Positions 1 to 9,901 of a DNA stretch of 64,000 bases are shown here, piece after piece. Numbering within the stretch: position 1 is the stretch's first letter; every line of letters begins with the position of its first letter. Position numbers and translations under genes: made by a program. This DNA comes from a bacterium (GTDB taxonomy: Bacteria > Desulfobacterota > DSWW01), in contig JBFLZG010000002.1 of assembly GCA_040756235.1 (NCBI GenBank), forward strand, positions 1-64,000, in the 5' to 3' direction. The notes below the pieces were generated by a model that was given only the letters and a program-made list of their open reading frames with translations, did not search any database and was not told the origin of the DNA.

Positions 1-86
1 ACGCCTCATTCCTCGGGATTTCGCGCGCCTTGCATCTGGGCATTTTTGAACAGCCTCTGAATCGAGCCTGTTGGGACAGGCTCTAG
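1..86. repeat. MITE-like repeat family 1, copy A (truncated by window start)
   Basis: Core GCGCCTTGCATCTGGGCATTTTTGAACAGCCTC shared with other copies; ends GGGACAGGCT-CTAG, where the CTAG contains the aldolase stop codon. Confidence 0.85.
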
Positions 87-1459
87 CAAGCAGGCCGGGG
101 CCTGCTCACCTTGACCAGCTTCACGTGCTCGGCCGTCAGCTCTCTCGTCTGACCGACGTTGAGCTTCCGGAAGAGGAAAGAGAATTTCTCCTCCAGGGAT
201 CGGGATAACCGATCCAGCGTCGACTGCGGCAGCTCCCACATCTGCTTTTTGAAGGGGCCGAAAGCCTTCTTCCGGGTTTGATAGAGGAACTGCTCCTCCG
301 TCTGGTCCTTCTTCCACTCGTCTCTGTGCCGCTCCTTCAGATACTGGTAGATCGAGCTGCGGAGCTCTTCCGGGAAGGCTTCGTGCTCGTAGAGCAGGTT
401 CTGGAATCCCGTAGCCAGGTGGATCTCGGCCGTTCCCACCTCGGGGAAGCGATGGAACGCCTCGTCGGGCAGGGTCGAAGCGCCGTGCTGGACCGCTCCG
501 GAAAGTCCGTACGCCTCCCGTGCCACTCTGGAAAGCTCTTGCAGCGTGCCGAAGTCGAGCTTGACCTCGGCAATCCTGCCGTCCGGCAGCGGGACCCCGC
601 CGTGCGTGGTGCCGCTCTGGACGCTGATCTTGGAGATGCCTCTCCGTCCCTTTCCGAGGATCTCCAGGTACTGGTCCATGTAGGCGCGCAGTTCCTCCAC
701 GGTGCTGTTTCGTTTCCCCACTTCGCCGATCTCACCCCCCACCGAGACGGTCACACCCTTGGGCTCCAGAGATCTCACGTGCTCGGTCAGCTCGGCCGTG
801 AGGCGGCTGTTGACTTCCTGCTGCTGGCGCACCGTGGGCTGAGCCAGATTCACCAGCGTCGAGCTGTCGATGTCGATGTTGAAGAACCCGGCCCGAATGG
901 CCTCGGCGGTCAGGTCCCGGACCGCTCCGAGCTCCTTGTCCGGGTTGTCCGCGTATTTCTTCGCGTTCAACTGGAAGTGATCGCCCTGCAGAAAGACCGG
1001 GCCCCGGAACCCCGTTTTCATGGCGGCCGCCAGGATGCAGGCCGCGTACTCGGACGGCCTCTGCTCGGTGTACCCGATCTCCGACCGGGCGATCTCGAAG
1101 ATGAAGGCGCCCGCCTCCATCTTCCTGGCTGCCCGGAACGCCGCCTGGGCGGTCATGTACGTCAGGCCGCGCAGGTTCATGGCAGGTACCGTGTGGTTCC
1201 TGCCTTTGCCCTGGCCGAAGGCCTGGTAGAGGCCGTCGATGCTCGAAGACACGGCTCCGAACGCCGTGCCGGCGGACCAGATGAACCAGAAGGCGGTCTC
1301 GCGAACCTTTGAATCCGTGTGGAAGACCGCATTGTGGACCAGCTTGTCCAGTTTGTGCGTCACCAGGGAATCGAGGGCCGTGATTTGCACCCCGCTCTCG
1401 TCCCAGCGCAGCACGGGACGCAGGTCTTCCTCCAGGGCATGCGCGTCGGTGTACAACAT
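83..1459 (-). CDS. class II fructose-bisphosphate aldolase family protein
   Basis: Motifs VPAMN, QGDH, DIDSS, GEIGEVG, GTTHGG, VQHGAS; start placed at ATG 1459 after AAGGAG RBS (ORF track extends to 1558). Confidence 0.85.
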   Translation of the reverse strand: MLYTDAHALEEDLRPVLRWDESGVQITALDSLVTHKLDKLVHNAVFHTDSKVRETAFWFIWSAGTAFGAVSSSIDGLYQAFGQGKGRNHTVPAMNLRGLTYMTAQAAFRAARKMEAGAFIFEIARSEIGYTEQRPSEYAACILAAAMKTGFRGPVFLQGDHFQLNAKKYADNPDKELGAVRDLTAEAIRAGFFNIDIDSSTLVNLAQPTVRQQQEVNSRLTAELTEHVRSLEPKGVTVSVGGEIGEVGKRNSTVEELRAYMDQYLEILGKGRRGISKISVQSGTTHGGVPLPDGRIAEVKLDFGTLQELSRVAREAYGLSGAVQHGASTLPDEAFHRFPEVGTAEIHLATGFQNLLYEHEAFPEELRSSIYQYLKERHRDEWKKDQTEEQFLYQTRKKAFGPFKKQMWELPQSTLDRLSRSLEEKFSFLFRKLNVGQTRELTAEHVKLVKVSRPRPAC

Positions 1460-1605
1460 GTTCAGCTTTCTCCTTTTCTCGAAGTGGCTCGTGCGGGTCT
1501 TCGACTCCGGGCTTGCATCCGTACCGGGTTCCAGTATAGCGGTTTGAAAAAGCCCCATTCAAGACGGATAATCTCCTGCATTCCGCAAACCATCCCGAGA
1601 GGGCC

Positions 1606-2628
1606 ATGAGGCCTGACATCCTGCCTTGCCTGGTGAACGGCCCCGAGGGGGATCCGGCCGTCTATGCCGCCTTCAAGTACGAAAGAAGGGCCTTTCTCTT
1701 CGACCTGGGCGACCTCTGCGCGCTCAGCGCTCGCAGCCTGCTCAAAGTGACCCACTGCTTCGTCTCGCACACGCACGTGGACCACTTCATCGGATTCGAC
1801 CAGATTCTGCGGCTTCACCTGGGACGGGAGAAGACGCTGGTCATCTACGGCCCGCCCGGGTTCGTGTCCAACGTGGAGGGCAAGCTCAAGGGCTATAGCT
1901 GGAACCTCGTGCAGAACTACCCCTATGACTTCCGGCTGGAGGCGCACGAGCTGGGCCCGGGGAGACTGAGGGCGGCCGCCTTCGGCTGCCGGGAAGCGTT
2001 CGTCTCCCGGCCGCTGGCCCGGCCGGCTGCGCTCGAGGATGGAGACGTGATCCTGGACGAGCCCGGCCTGCAGGTGCGCGCGTCTCTCCTGGAGCACGAC
2101 ATCCCGTGCCTGGCCTACGTACTGGAGGAGAAGCAGCACATCAACGTGGACAAGGTGCGGCTGGAGGCCCTTGGGGTGCGCGTGGGGCCCTGGATCCGGC
2201 ATCTCAAGGAGGCGATCCAGAAGGGCGAGCCCGACGACCTCGACATTGCCGTGGCCGCCGGCGAAAGAGGCCCCGAGTCTCCGCCCCGAAGATTCAAGCT
2301 CGGGAAGCTCCGCAAGGACGTCATCCGGATCACGCGGGGACAGAAGATCGGCTACGTGACGGACGCCGCTTTCACGGATGCGAACGTGGAGAAGATCGTC
2401 CGCCTCTGCAGGGGCGCCGACATCCTCTTTTGCGAGGCTGCCTTTTCCGAAAGGGAGCGGGCCAGGGCCCGCGAGCGGCGCCATTTGACGGCCCACCAGG
2501 CGGGGGTTCTGGCTCGTGAGGCCGGAGCGGTGCGCCTCGTGGTGTTCCATTTCTCCCCCAAGTATCACACGGAGCCGGGCCTGCTCCTGGACGAGGCGGC
2601 AGCGGCCTTCGGCAAGGCCGTGGAGTAG
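1606..2628 (+). CDS. ribonuclease Z-like metallo-beta-lactamase fold hydrolase
   Basis: FLFDLG, SHTHVDH metal-binding motif, YVTD, CEAAF, HLT, HFSPKY. Confidence 0.8.
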   Translation: MRPDILPCLVNGPEGDPAVYAAFKYERRAFLFDLGDLCALSARSLLKVTHCFVSHTHVDHFIGFDQILRLHLGREKTLVIYGPPGFVSNVEGKLKGYSWNLVQNYPYDFRLEAHELGPGRLRAAAFGCREAFVSRPLARPAALEDGDVILDEPGLQVRASLLEHDIPCLAYVLEEKQHINVDKVRLEALGVRVGPWIRHLKEAIQKGEPDDLDIAVAAGERGPESPPRRFKLGKLRKDVIRITRGQKIGYVTDAAFTDANVEKIVRLCRGADILFCEAAFSERERARARERRHLTAHQAGVLAREAGAVRLVVFHFSPKYHTEPGLLLDEAAAAFGKAVE

Positions 2629-2637
2629 AAGCCCGCC

Positions 2638-2666
2638 TTGCGGGTCTCGAAGGCACAAAATATAAT
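2638..2666 (+). promoter_or_regulatory. putative sigma70 promoter of trpS
   Basis: TTGCGG-17 bp-TATAAT, 63 bp upstream of the trpS ATG. Confidence 0.6.
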
Positions 2667-2729
2667 GTGCGATCGGCTGCGGCGGCCGTGATCTACATCC
2701 GCGAGGGAGACCCAGCAGGAGCTTCGAGC

Positions 2730-3731
2730 ATGCGCATTCTTTCCGGGATACAACCGTCCGGTTCCTTCCATATCGGCAACTACTTCGCCATGATGAGGAA
2801 GATGATCGCGTACCAGGAGGAGCACGAGTTGTTCGCGTTCATCGCGAACCTCCACGCCCTGACCTCCCAGCCGGAAGGGGAGAAGCTCGCCGGCTACACC
2901 TGGGACGCGGCGGCGAGCTTTCTGGCCCTGGGGCTGGACCCGGAGAAGGCCGTCTTCTGGGTGCAGTCCGATCTGCCGGAAGTGTCCGAGCTCACCTGGA
3001 TCCTCTCCAACCTGACGCCCATGGGCCTGCTCGAGCGTTGCCACTCTTACAAGGACAAGGTGGCCAAGGGCATCCAGCCCAATCACGGCCTGTTCGCGTA
3101 CCCGGTCCTGATGGCGGCCGACATCCTGATCCACCAGGCCGACCGGGTGCCGGTGGGACAGGACCAGAAGCAGCACCTGGAAGTGACGCGGGACATCGCC
3201 GTCAAGTTCAACCTGAGCTACGGCGAGACCTTCGTCGTGCCGGAGGCGGAGATCGACGAGAACGTGGCGGTGATCCCGGGCACCGACGGGCAGAAGATGA
3301 GCAAGTCCTACGGAAACACGATCGATATTTTCGCGGACAAGAAGACGCTGCGCAGCCAGGTCATGGGGATCGTCACGGACTCCGCGCCGGTGGAGGCGCC
3401 CAAGGACCCGGAGCGGTGCAACCTGTTCGCCATCGCCGCTCTCTTCCTGTCCGCGGAGGAGAAGGAGGCGCTGGCAACCCGCTATCGCGCCGGCGGCCTC
3501 CGCTACAGCGATGTGAAGAAGGATCTGCTCGAACGGGTCTGGAGCCATTTCGCTCCTTACCGGGAAAGAAGGGCCTGGCTGCTGGAAAACCCGGCGGAGC
3601 TGCATGCCATTCTGAAGCGCGGAGCCGAGAAGGCGCGGGAGGTGGCAGGCCGGACCCTGGAGATCGTCCAGCGACGGATGGGGCTCAGGTACTGGGCCGT
3701 TCCCCCATGTTCTCCAATTACCAAAGGCTGA
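2730..3731 (+). CDS. trpS: tryptophan--tRNA ligase
   Basis: MRILSGIQPSG, HIGN, YPVLMAADIL, VPVGQDQKQH, KMSKS; AGGAG RBS. Confidence 0.97.
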   Translation: MRILSGIQPSGSFHIGNYFAMMRKMIAYQEEHELFAFIANLHALTSQPEGEKLAGYTWDAAASFLALGLDPEKAVFWVQSDLPEVSELTWILSNLTPMGLLERCHSYKDKVAKGIQPNHGLFAYPVLMAADILIHQADRVPVGQDQKQHLEVTRDIAVKFNLSYGETFVVPEAEIDENVAVIPGTDGQKMSKSYGNTIDIFADKKTLRSQVMGIVTDSAPVEAPKDPERCNLFAIAALFLSAEEKEALATRYRAGGLRYSDVKKDLLERVWSHFAPYRERRAWLLENPAELHAILKRGAEKAREVAGRTLEIVQRRMGLRYWAVPPCSPITKG

Positions 3732-4267
3732 TCGAGAAGGTCGACCGGCACCTCCGGACGTTGCCGGCCTGTGCTTGTCCCGGGGGCTGTTCGGTCTGCT
3801 GCCGGGCCGGTCTCTCCCTGTTCCCGGTGGAAGCCTTCTACCTGAGGCGCGCCTTCCGGCAGCTTCCGGCCGGCCTGCGGGAGCTGGCGACAGAGGGGCT
3901 GCCGGACGGAGACGGCGATGCCTGCCCCTTGCTTCTCGACGGCCGCTGTCTGCTTTACGAACAGCGGCCCATGCTCTGCAGGACCCACGGGCATCCCTTC
4001 ATCTTGCGGCCCGATGGGGGGCCGGAGCCCGGTAGCCGGGTGCTCCACCCCGGCTGCGAAGTGCTCGGGCAGGTTGCGGGGAACGAGCCTCCGGGGGAAG
4101 CCGGCTCGTTCCTGGACATGGACCGCCTGAACCGCATGCTCGTCGCCGTGAACGAGCTCTTCTTGGCTTGCCTGCCGTCGCGCTCGGCGGGAGTGCCCTT
4201 CAGGGTACGCATGGAGCGGATCGTCGCTGCCAACGACCGGGGAGGATTTCTCGATGCCCATCTATGA
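3707..4267 (+). CDS. YkgJ family cysteine-cluster protein
   Basis: CPGGCSVCC and CPLLLDGRCLLYEQRPMLCR motifs; start ATG 3707 overlaps the trpS end. Confidence 0.8.
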   Translation: MFSNYQRLIEKVDRHLRTLPACACPGGCSVCCRAGLSLFPVEAFYLRRAFRQLPAGLRELATEGLPDGDGDACPLLLDGRCLLYEQRPMLCRTHGHPFILRPDGGPEPGSRVLHPGCEVLGQVAGNEPPGEAGSFLDMDRLNRMLVAVNELFLACLPSRSAGVPFRVRMERIVAANDRGGFLDAHL

Positions 4268-4592
4268 ATACGCCTGCAACGCATGCGGCAGGAAAAGCTC
4301 GATCCTGGTGCGCCTGCGGAACGAGTCGCAGACCTTGCGCTGCAAGCACTGCGGCTCCGACCAGCTCCGCCGCCTTCTGTCCGGTTTCGCCCTGCACAAG
4401 AGCGAGTCGGGCAGGCTGCGCGAGCTGGATACCCAGAGGCGGCCCGACGATAGTTATTACCGGGATGACCGCAATATCGGCCTGTGGGCGAAGAAGCGGA
4501 TGCAGGAGCTGGGCGTGGATCTCGGGGACAAGCTGGACGAGAAGATCGAGAAGGCACGAACGAGCAAGCTGGACGACCTGGTCCCCACCTAG
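4254..4592 (+). CDS. FmdB family zinc-ribbon protein
   Basis: MPIYEYACNACG...CKHCGS...RRLLS signature. Confidence 0.85.
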   Translation: MPIYEYACNACGRKSSILVRLRNESQTLRCKHCGSDQLRRLLSGFALHKSESGRLRELDTQRRPDDSYYRDDRNIGLWAKKRMQELGVDLGDKLDEKIEKARTSKLDDLVPT

Positions 4593-4750
4593 CTAGAGGC
4601 TGTCCCAAAACGCCCATCTGCGGCGTTGCGCTCGTCCTTCGTCACTGCGGCGTACTTCCATGTACGCCTCGTTCCTCAGGACTTCGTGCGCCTTGCATCT
4701 GGCCATCCTTCGGCCCCCGGAACGGGTGGGGGCTTTCGGACAGCCTGCTA
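4593..4750. repeat. MITE-like repeat family 1, copy B
   Basis: CTAG-AGGCTGTCCC...GGACAGCCT-GCTA; core motifs CCCATCTGCGGCG and GCGCCTTGCATCTGG; fills the gap between two convergent TAG stops. Confidence 0.85.
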
Positions 4751-5659
4751 CAGTAGCGCCGTGCTGAAGTACCTCTCCGCCCGGTCCGGCAGGACCGTCA
4801 CGACGCGGCGGCCGAAGCCGAGGGTCTGCGCAGCGTAATGGGCCGCCCACACGTTCGCTCCGGAGCTCGTCCCGACCAGGAGACCTTCGCTGCGGGCCAG
4901 GGTGCGGGTCGTCTCGATGGCATCGTCGTCCGTCACCGTGACGACGGCATCGATGATGGAAGTATCCAGCACCGGCGGAACGAAGCCGTCCCCGATCCCT
5001 TGAATCTGATGCAGCCCCGGCTCCTGGCCGAGCAAGGCGGCCGCGTTGGCCGGTTCCACCGCCACGACCTTGATCGAGGGTTTCATGCTCTTCAGGAACC
5101 TGCCGACCCCCCCGAGCGTGCCGCCGCTGCCCACGCCGGCAACGAAAGCATCGATGTCCGCGCCCAGGGCGTCCCAGATTTCCGGCCCGGTGAACCGGTG
5201 GTGGACCTCAGGGTTCAGCGGATTCTCGAATTGACCCACGACCCAGATCCGGGAATCGCGCTGCGCCATCTTCTTGAGCCTGGACACGGCTCCTTCGATT
5301 CCCTCCTCGGCCGGCGTCAGGATCAACTCGCCGCCGAGGGCCCGGATGATCTTCTTGCGCTCCTCGCTCATGTTCTCGGGCATGAGAATGCGGACCCGGT
5401 AACCCCGCTGGACGCCCACCAGCGTGACACCGATGCCGGTGTTGCCGGAGGTGGCCTCTGCGACGATCTGACCGGGTCTGAGCTTTCCGGTCTGCTCCGC
5501 GTCCTCCAGGATGTACTTGGCCACGCGGTCCTTGATGCTGCCGCCGGGGTTGAGAAACTCGGCTTTCGCATGGATGGGGTGGTCGTACGTTCGGGAGAGG
5601 CAGAGCAGGGGGGTGTTGCCGATGGTTTCGAGGATGTTGCTTCGTACCAGGTTCTTCAC
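4748..5659 (-). CDS. cysK: cysteine synthase
   Basis: KAEFLNPGGSIKDR (PLP lysine), ATSGNTG, GVGSGGT, HQIQGIG, GTSSGAN. Confidence 0.92.
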   Translation of the reverse strand: MKNLVRSNILETIGNTPLLCLSRTYDHPIHAKAEFLNPGGSIKDRVAKYILEDAEQTGKLRPGQIVAEATSGNTGIGVTLVGVQRGYRVRILMPENMSEERKKIIRALGGELILTPAEEGIEGAVSRLKKMAQRDSRIWVVGQFENPLNPEVHHRFTGPEIWDALGADIDAFVAGVGSGGTLGGVGRFLKSMKPSIKVVAVEPANAAALLGQEPGLHQIQGIGDGFVPPVLDTSIIDAVVTVTDDDAIETTRTLARSEGLLVGTSSGANVWAAHYAAQTLGFGRRVVTVLPDRAERYFSTALL

Positions 5660-5703
5660 GCGCCCAAAGACCTCCCGACCGGCATACCTTCAGAGAAAAA
5701 GGA

Positions 5704-5732
5704 ACCCTAGCACAAGGGGGTGCGGCAGACAA
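5704..5732 (-). promoter_or_regulatory. putative sigma70 promoter of cysK
   Basis: Minus strand TTGTCT-17 bp-TAGGGT with TG extension. Confidence 0.4.
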
Positions 5733-5834
5733 GAGATGCGCCTGTTTCGGGAAGAGACCTGCCGCTGACCCGGCTGGCGGCCGGCCGCTGAAAACCGGCA
5801 CCTGACGCGAGCGCGAGAGGGTCCCGGGCCGCGG

Positions 5835-8800
5835 CTACCTGACGAGAACCGAAACCTTGTCCGTGTCGCTGCGGCCGGCCGTGTCGGTGACTTTCAAGAC
5901 AACGGTATAGGTCCCGGGCCGGCCGTACTTGTGCGCGACCGTCTCCCCGGACTGGGTCCCGCCGTCGCCGAATTCCCACGCTACCGATTTCATCGTGAGC
6001 CCGTAAGCCAGGCGGCTGGAAGAGGCGTCGAAGCGGACCTCTTGTCCGGGGGCGACCTCCGCATAGACGGGATGGGCGATCGCCTTGGTGCGCAGGAAGG
6101 TCTGGTGGATCCGCACCTGCCCGTCCACGCATTCGATGATCTCCGGGTAGTCGTCCCGATCCAGGTCGTCCACGCAGGACCCGTGCCACCAGTCGAGCTC
6201 CTGGTCGACGTAGTCGAACTGCCGGACCGTGGGAATCGAGAAGTTGCCCTTGCCGTCGTTCACCTGGAGCAGGAGGCGGCCGTACTCGGGCTTGGGCCCG
6301 TATCCCATTTCGTAGTTCCCGTAAGCCCGGTTGGTGAACAGGTCCTGGGCCCCGTCCTGATTGAAGTCGAGGACTTGGCCTTCCCAGGTGATTCGATTGA
6401 TCTTCGGAAGCCGGCTGCTCCAGTCCTCGAAGCTGCCGTCCGGCCTCTGGTGATACAGGTTGTCTTCTCCTTGGGTGCTTTGCAGGGTGATCTCGTTGGT
6501 GAAAAGGATGTCGAGCCTGCCGTCACCGTCGGCGTCGAAGAGGGAAGCGCTGGTCGATTTGAAATCGTTCTTCGGCAGCAGCGGGGCCTCCTGGAACTTG
6601 CCGGGGGCCGCCTTGCCCGCGTTCAGGTAAACCCGGTTCGGCTCCCCGCCGGCCAGCAGGGTCGGCTTCAAACAGGCCAGGACTAGGTCCGGATACCCGT
6701 CCTTGTTGAGGTCCCCGAAGTCTCCGCCCCGGGCGCTCACGCCCTGGTTCGGCAGGAACTCCTTGCTGCGGTCCAGGAACCTGCCTCGACCCTGGTTGAT
6801 GAAGAGGGAGTTCTTCTGCCCTCCGCCGGCGAGAAGGCCTCGTTCCCAGTTGCACATGAAGAGATCCAGGTCGCCGTCAAGATCCACGTCCACGGGCAGG
6901 GCCCTGCTGGTCCCCATGGGGGTCCGCGGCAGGGCTTGCTCCCCCTTCGCGGTCGTCAGATTGCCTTTGCCGTCGTTCAGCAGGAGATGGCTCGGCTGCC
7001 CTCTCATGCCGATGACGACGTCCTGGTCGCCGTCCCCGTCCAGGTCTGCGATGCTGATGGTCTCCACGACGCTCTTGCCTCTGACGATCACGGATTCGTC
7101 GACGAAATCCTTGCGCACCCAGCCCTGTTGGGTCTGGAAGAAGAGCATCAGCTCCCGTTCGTGACGTTGCCCCATGACGATGTCCGGCTTGCCGTCGCCG
7201 TTGAGGTCCCCGGTGTCGCAGCTGCGGGAGACCCAGGCGGTAAAGGGCAGGTTCAGCTTGACGTTGGCCGTGGCAAACCGGAAGCCCTTCGGCCAGTCGT
7301 TCACCCACAGCGGGGTCTGCTCGTTGCCGGGCCCGATCGTGAGGTCCGGCTTGCCGTCGCCGTTGATGTCGGCCAGGTCGAGGCTCTCGGCGCCGAAGCC
7401 GAACGGACGGGGCAAGACGAGGTCGGGCTTGGCCTCGAACGCTCTCCTGCCCCCCGCGCCGGGAACGTTGATGAAGAACATCGCGGAGGCCCGGTTGGCA
7501 CAGAATACGAGGTCGGGAAAGCCGTCCACGTTGATGTCCGTGAAGAGCACGTAGTAGGCAATGTCCTTCGAGAAGTCCATGTTCGGGTCGAACTCCCGGG
7601 CCATGTAGGGAGGCAGCGGCTGCGGGGTGAAACGGCCGCGTCCGTCGTTGAGGAGGATCTGGCTGCTTCCGGCGCTTGCGATCGCGACATCTTGATCGCC
7701 GTCCTTGTCGAGGTCGGCAGAGTCGACCCGATGGCTCCGCTCGTTTCCGGCAGGAAATCCCATCGCCGCCGTCATGTCCCGGAAATGGCCTTGCCCGTCG
7801 TTGACGTAGAGCAGGTTCGGGCTTCCGTGCGGCTTCTTGGGGTCGGCGGTGTTGGCCAGCACGGCGTCGAGGTCCCGGTCCCGGTCCACGTCCACGAGGT
7901 GCACGTGGGCGGTCCAGAGGTCCGCCTTGGGAAAATGGGTGGCCGTCGCGTCGATGAAGCTCCCTTTACCGTCTCCGAGCAGCAATTGGCTCTGCCCGGG
8001 CAGGTTCGCGATCACGATGTCCGGGTTGCCGTCCCCGTTCACGTCGCCGATGTCCGCTCCCTTGCTCATGGCCACCCCGGGGAGGTCCACGACCCTGAAG
8101 TTCCCCTTGCCGTCATTGAGGAAGACGCGGTTCTTCTGCGGTTCTCCGGTGGCGTAGAAGTGGTAGTAGAAGGCGGTGCCCACGAAATCCTGGTCCCCGT
8201 CTTTGTCGAGATCCCCGACCGCCAGTCCGCTGAAGTGGATGGTCGTATCGTCCAGCACCGGGTTGTGCCGCACGCGCTCGAAGTTCGGCACGCCGTCTCC
8301 GTCCCGGTCCGGGCCCTGGAGGTAGAGACGGAGATGGCCGAATTCGGTGTCCTCGTGCGGCATCCAGGACGCAGCCAGGAGCAGGTCCTTGCGGCCGTCG
8401 CCGTTGAAGTCCGCGAACTTGATGTCCGAGACCCAGCTCCAGTCCGGGGGGATGTTGTATCCGGGAATCTCGTAGATCGCGCCGTAGTAGGTAAACCCGT
8501 TCAGGCGCCCGCCCGCCTTGCCGTCGGCGTTGCGCACCACGACATCGGCGCTCCCGATGAAGGTGTTCTCCGGGACCCGCGCGCGGATGAGGCTGCTCGA
8601 GACGACGTTGACATCGAGGGCGCTTTTCCCTCCGATCCGCAGCTCGAGCCCTTTCCGGAAGTTGGTGCCCGCGACCTCCACCTGCGTCCAGCCGTGTCGG
8701 GGGCCGGCGCTCGGCACGATCGCGGTCACGGTGGGCGCATTCGCATACGCGGGTGTCGCCTGCGCGGGTCCTGCGCTTTCCTTCAGCGGGGGAAGGCTCA

Positions 8801-8918
8801 GCGGCGTGAACACCGGGCCGCGGCGGGCCGCAGCAGGCGGCGGGCTCATGTCATGCAAGGCGATGAGCGCAAAGGTCGATAACAGGAGGCCGAGGGCATA
8901 CTGGAAGCGGAGTTGCAT
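5835..8918 (-). CDS. secreted IPT/TIG + FG-GAP (VCBS-like) repeat + PKD domain protein
   Basis: Signal-peptide-like N-terminus (MQLRFQYALGLLLSTFALIA), IPT/TIG segment (PTVTAIVPSAGP...GTNF), many D-x-D/N-x-D-G-x-x-D repeats, C-terminal PKD (WEFGDG...HKYGRPGTYTVVLKVTD); AAGGAG RBS supports start 8918. Confidence 0.85.
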   Translation of the reverse strand: MQLRFQYALGLLLSTFALIALHDMSPPPAAARRGPVFTPLSLPPLKESAGPAQATPAYANAPTVTAIVPSAGPRHGWTQVEVAGTNFRKGLELRIGGKSALDVNVVSSSLIRARVPENTFIGSADVVVRNADGKAGGRLNGFTYYGAIYEIPGYNIPPDWSWVSDIKFADFNGDGRKDLLLAASWMPHEDTEFGHLRLYLQGPDRDGDGVPNFERVRHNPVLDDTTIHFSGLAVGDLDKDGDQDFVGTAFYYHFYATGEPQKNRVFLNDGKGNFRVVDLPGVAMSKGADIGDVNGDGNPDIVIANLPGQSQLLLGDGKGSFIDATATHFPKADLWTAHVHLVDVDRDRDLDAVLANTADPKKPHGSPNLLYVNDGQGHFRDMTAAMGFPAGNERSHRVDSADLDKDGDQDVAIASAGSSQILLNDGRGRFTPQPLPPYMAREFDPNMDFSKDIAYYVLFTDINVDGFPDLVFCANRASAMFFINVPGAGGRRAFEAKPDLVLPRPFGFGAESLDLADINGDGKPDLTIGPGNEQTPLWVNDWPKGFRFATANVKLNLPFTAWVSRSCDTGDLNGDGKPDIVMGQRHERELMLFFQTQQGWVRKDFVDESVIVRGKSVVETISIADLDGDGDQDVVIGMRGQPSHLLLNDGKGNLTTAKGEQALPRTPMGTSRALPVDVDLDGDLDLFMCNWERGLLAGGGQKNSLFINQGRGRFLDRSKEFLPNQGVSARGGDFGDLNKDGYPDLVLACLKPTLLAGGEPNRVYLNAGKAAPGKFQEAPLLPKNDFKSTSASLFDADGDGRLDILFTNEITLQSTQGEDNLYHQRPDGSFEDWSSRLPKINRITWEGQVLDFNQDGAQDLFTNRAYGNYEMGYGPKPEYGRLLLQVNDGKGNFSIPTVRQFDYVDQELDWWHGSCVDDLDRDDYPEIIECVDGQVRIHQTFLRTKAIAHPVYAEVAPGQEVRFDASSSRLAYGLTMKSVAWEFGDGGTQSGETVAHKYGRPGTYTVVLKVTDTAGRSDTDKVSVLVR

Positions 8919-8923
8919 GGCCG

Positions 8924-9658
8924 TCATCTCCTTGTTCCGCCGGGGACGATTCTTCTCCCGTCCGCTCCCGGTCTTTCCGTGCGGGGCGCAGGTCGGCTGA
9001 TGGAAGCATCGTCCGGCTCCGGCTCTCCTCTGGCGGTGAACGACTTGGTGAGGAAGCAGATCCTTTCCTCGTCGATTGCGGCGTCCGGAAACAACTCCTG
9101 AACGGCGCGCCTGCGCAGGAGGTGGATGTCGCCCGGATCGAAGCCGTATAGAAATCTGTGAAGGGAACGTCTGACATGCTGGGGAAGATACTGGACGAAC
9201 GGGAGCATCAGATGCGGTTCGATGGGGAAATCCATGGCAGGCACCTGCACGAGATACAGACGACGGGCCACCCTGCGGATCTCGCGGGCCAGCTCGAGCT
9301 GGGCTGGAAAAGCGCCCACGTGCTCCAGGACGGAGTTGCAGACCACGCAATCGGCACTGCGGTCCCGAAAAGGAAGATGCAACGCGTCGGCCACCACGAA
9401 GCGGCCGGGGGTGAGCCGGTCCGGCCTGCGAACATCCAGGCCGATGACCTTCAGGGATCCCATGCGATCCTGCAGCCCGGTCCAGAAGCCGCCCCATCCC
9501 GCACCCACGTCCAGGAGCAGCCGAACGCCTCGGGGTTGGAGCAGATGCAGGATCTGCCGGGCCCTCTTCCTGCGGTACCGGGCGGCGAGACCGGCAGCGA
9601 AACGGAAGATCCGTTGAGCCCTTTGCTGCCGCCGGTTGAGGACTCGAGGGTTCGGCAT
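8924..9658 (-). CDS. class I SAM-dependent methyltransferase
   Basis: LLDVGAGWG motif I, ADALHLPF, CNSVLEHV; AGGAG RBS before ATG 9658. Confidence 0.8.
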   Translation of the reverse strand: MPNPRVLNRRQQRAQRIFRFAAGLAARYRRKRARQILHLLQPRGVRLLLDVGAGWGGFWTGLQDRMGSLKVIGLDVRRPDRLTPGRFVVADALHLPFRDRSADCVVCNSVLEHVGAFPAQLELAREIRRVARRLYLVQVPAMDFPIEPHLMLPFVQYLPQHVRRSLHRFLYGFDPGDIHLLRRRAVQELFPDAAIDEERICFLTKSFTARGEPEPDDASISRPAPRTERPGADGRRIVPGGTRR

Positions 9659-9901
9659 CTCTTCTCCTGCCGCCAGCCAGACGCACGGGTCTCCACGCAT
9701 TCATCCTAATCAGAGAGGAGGAAGCAAAGCAAGGCGATGCAGGCAAGCCATCCCATCCGCATGGATGGACCACCCGGCCACGGGGTCATGCCGATCGTGC
9801 GCCGGCACAGGGGAGATCGGGCAGGAACGACGAGCGGTGCGTCCGGCACCTCACGACGATTCCTTGATCCCGCCGAAGGCGCGGGAAGAAAAGGATCCTC
9901 C

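Noticed and set aside
3038..3706. 409-aa ORF suggesting a long YkgJ fusion
   Set aside because: The upstream part overlaps trpS out of frame and is low-complexity; the real start is about 3707.
8919..9773. N-terminal extension making the FG-GAP protein 1312 aa
   Set aside because: It overlaps the methyltransferase in another frame; the RBS and signal peptide support a start at 8918.
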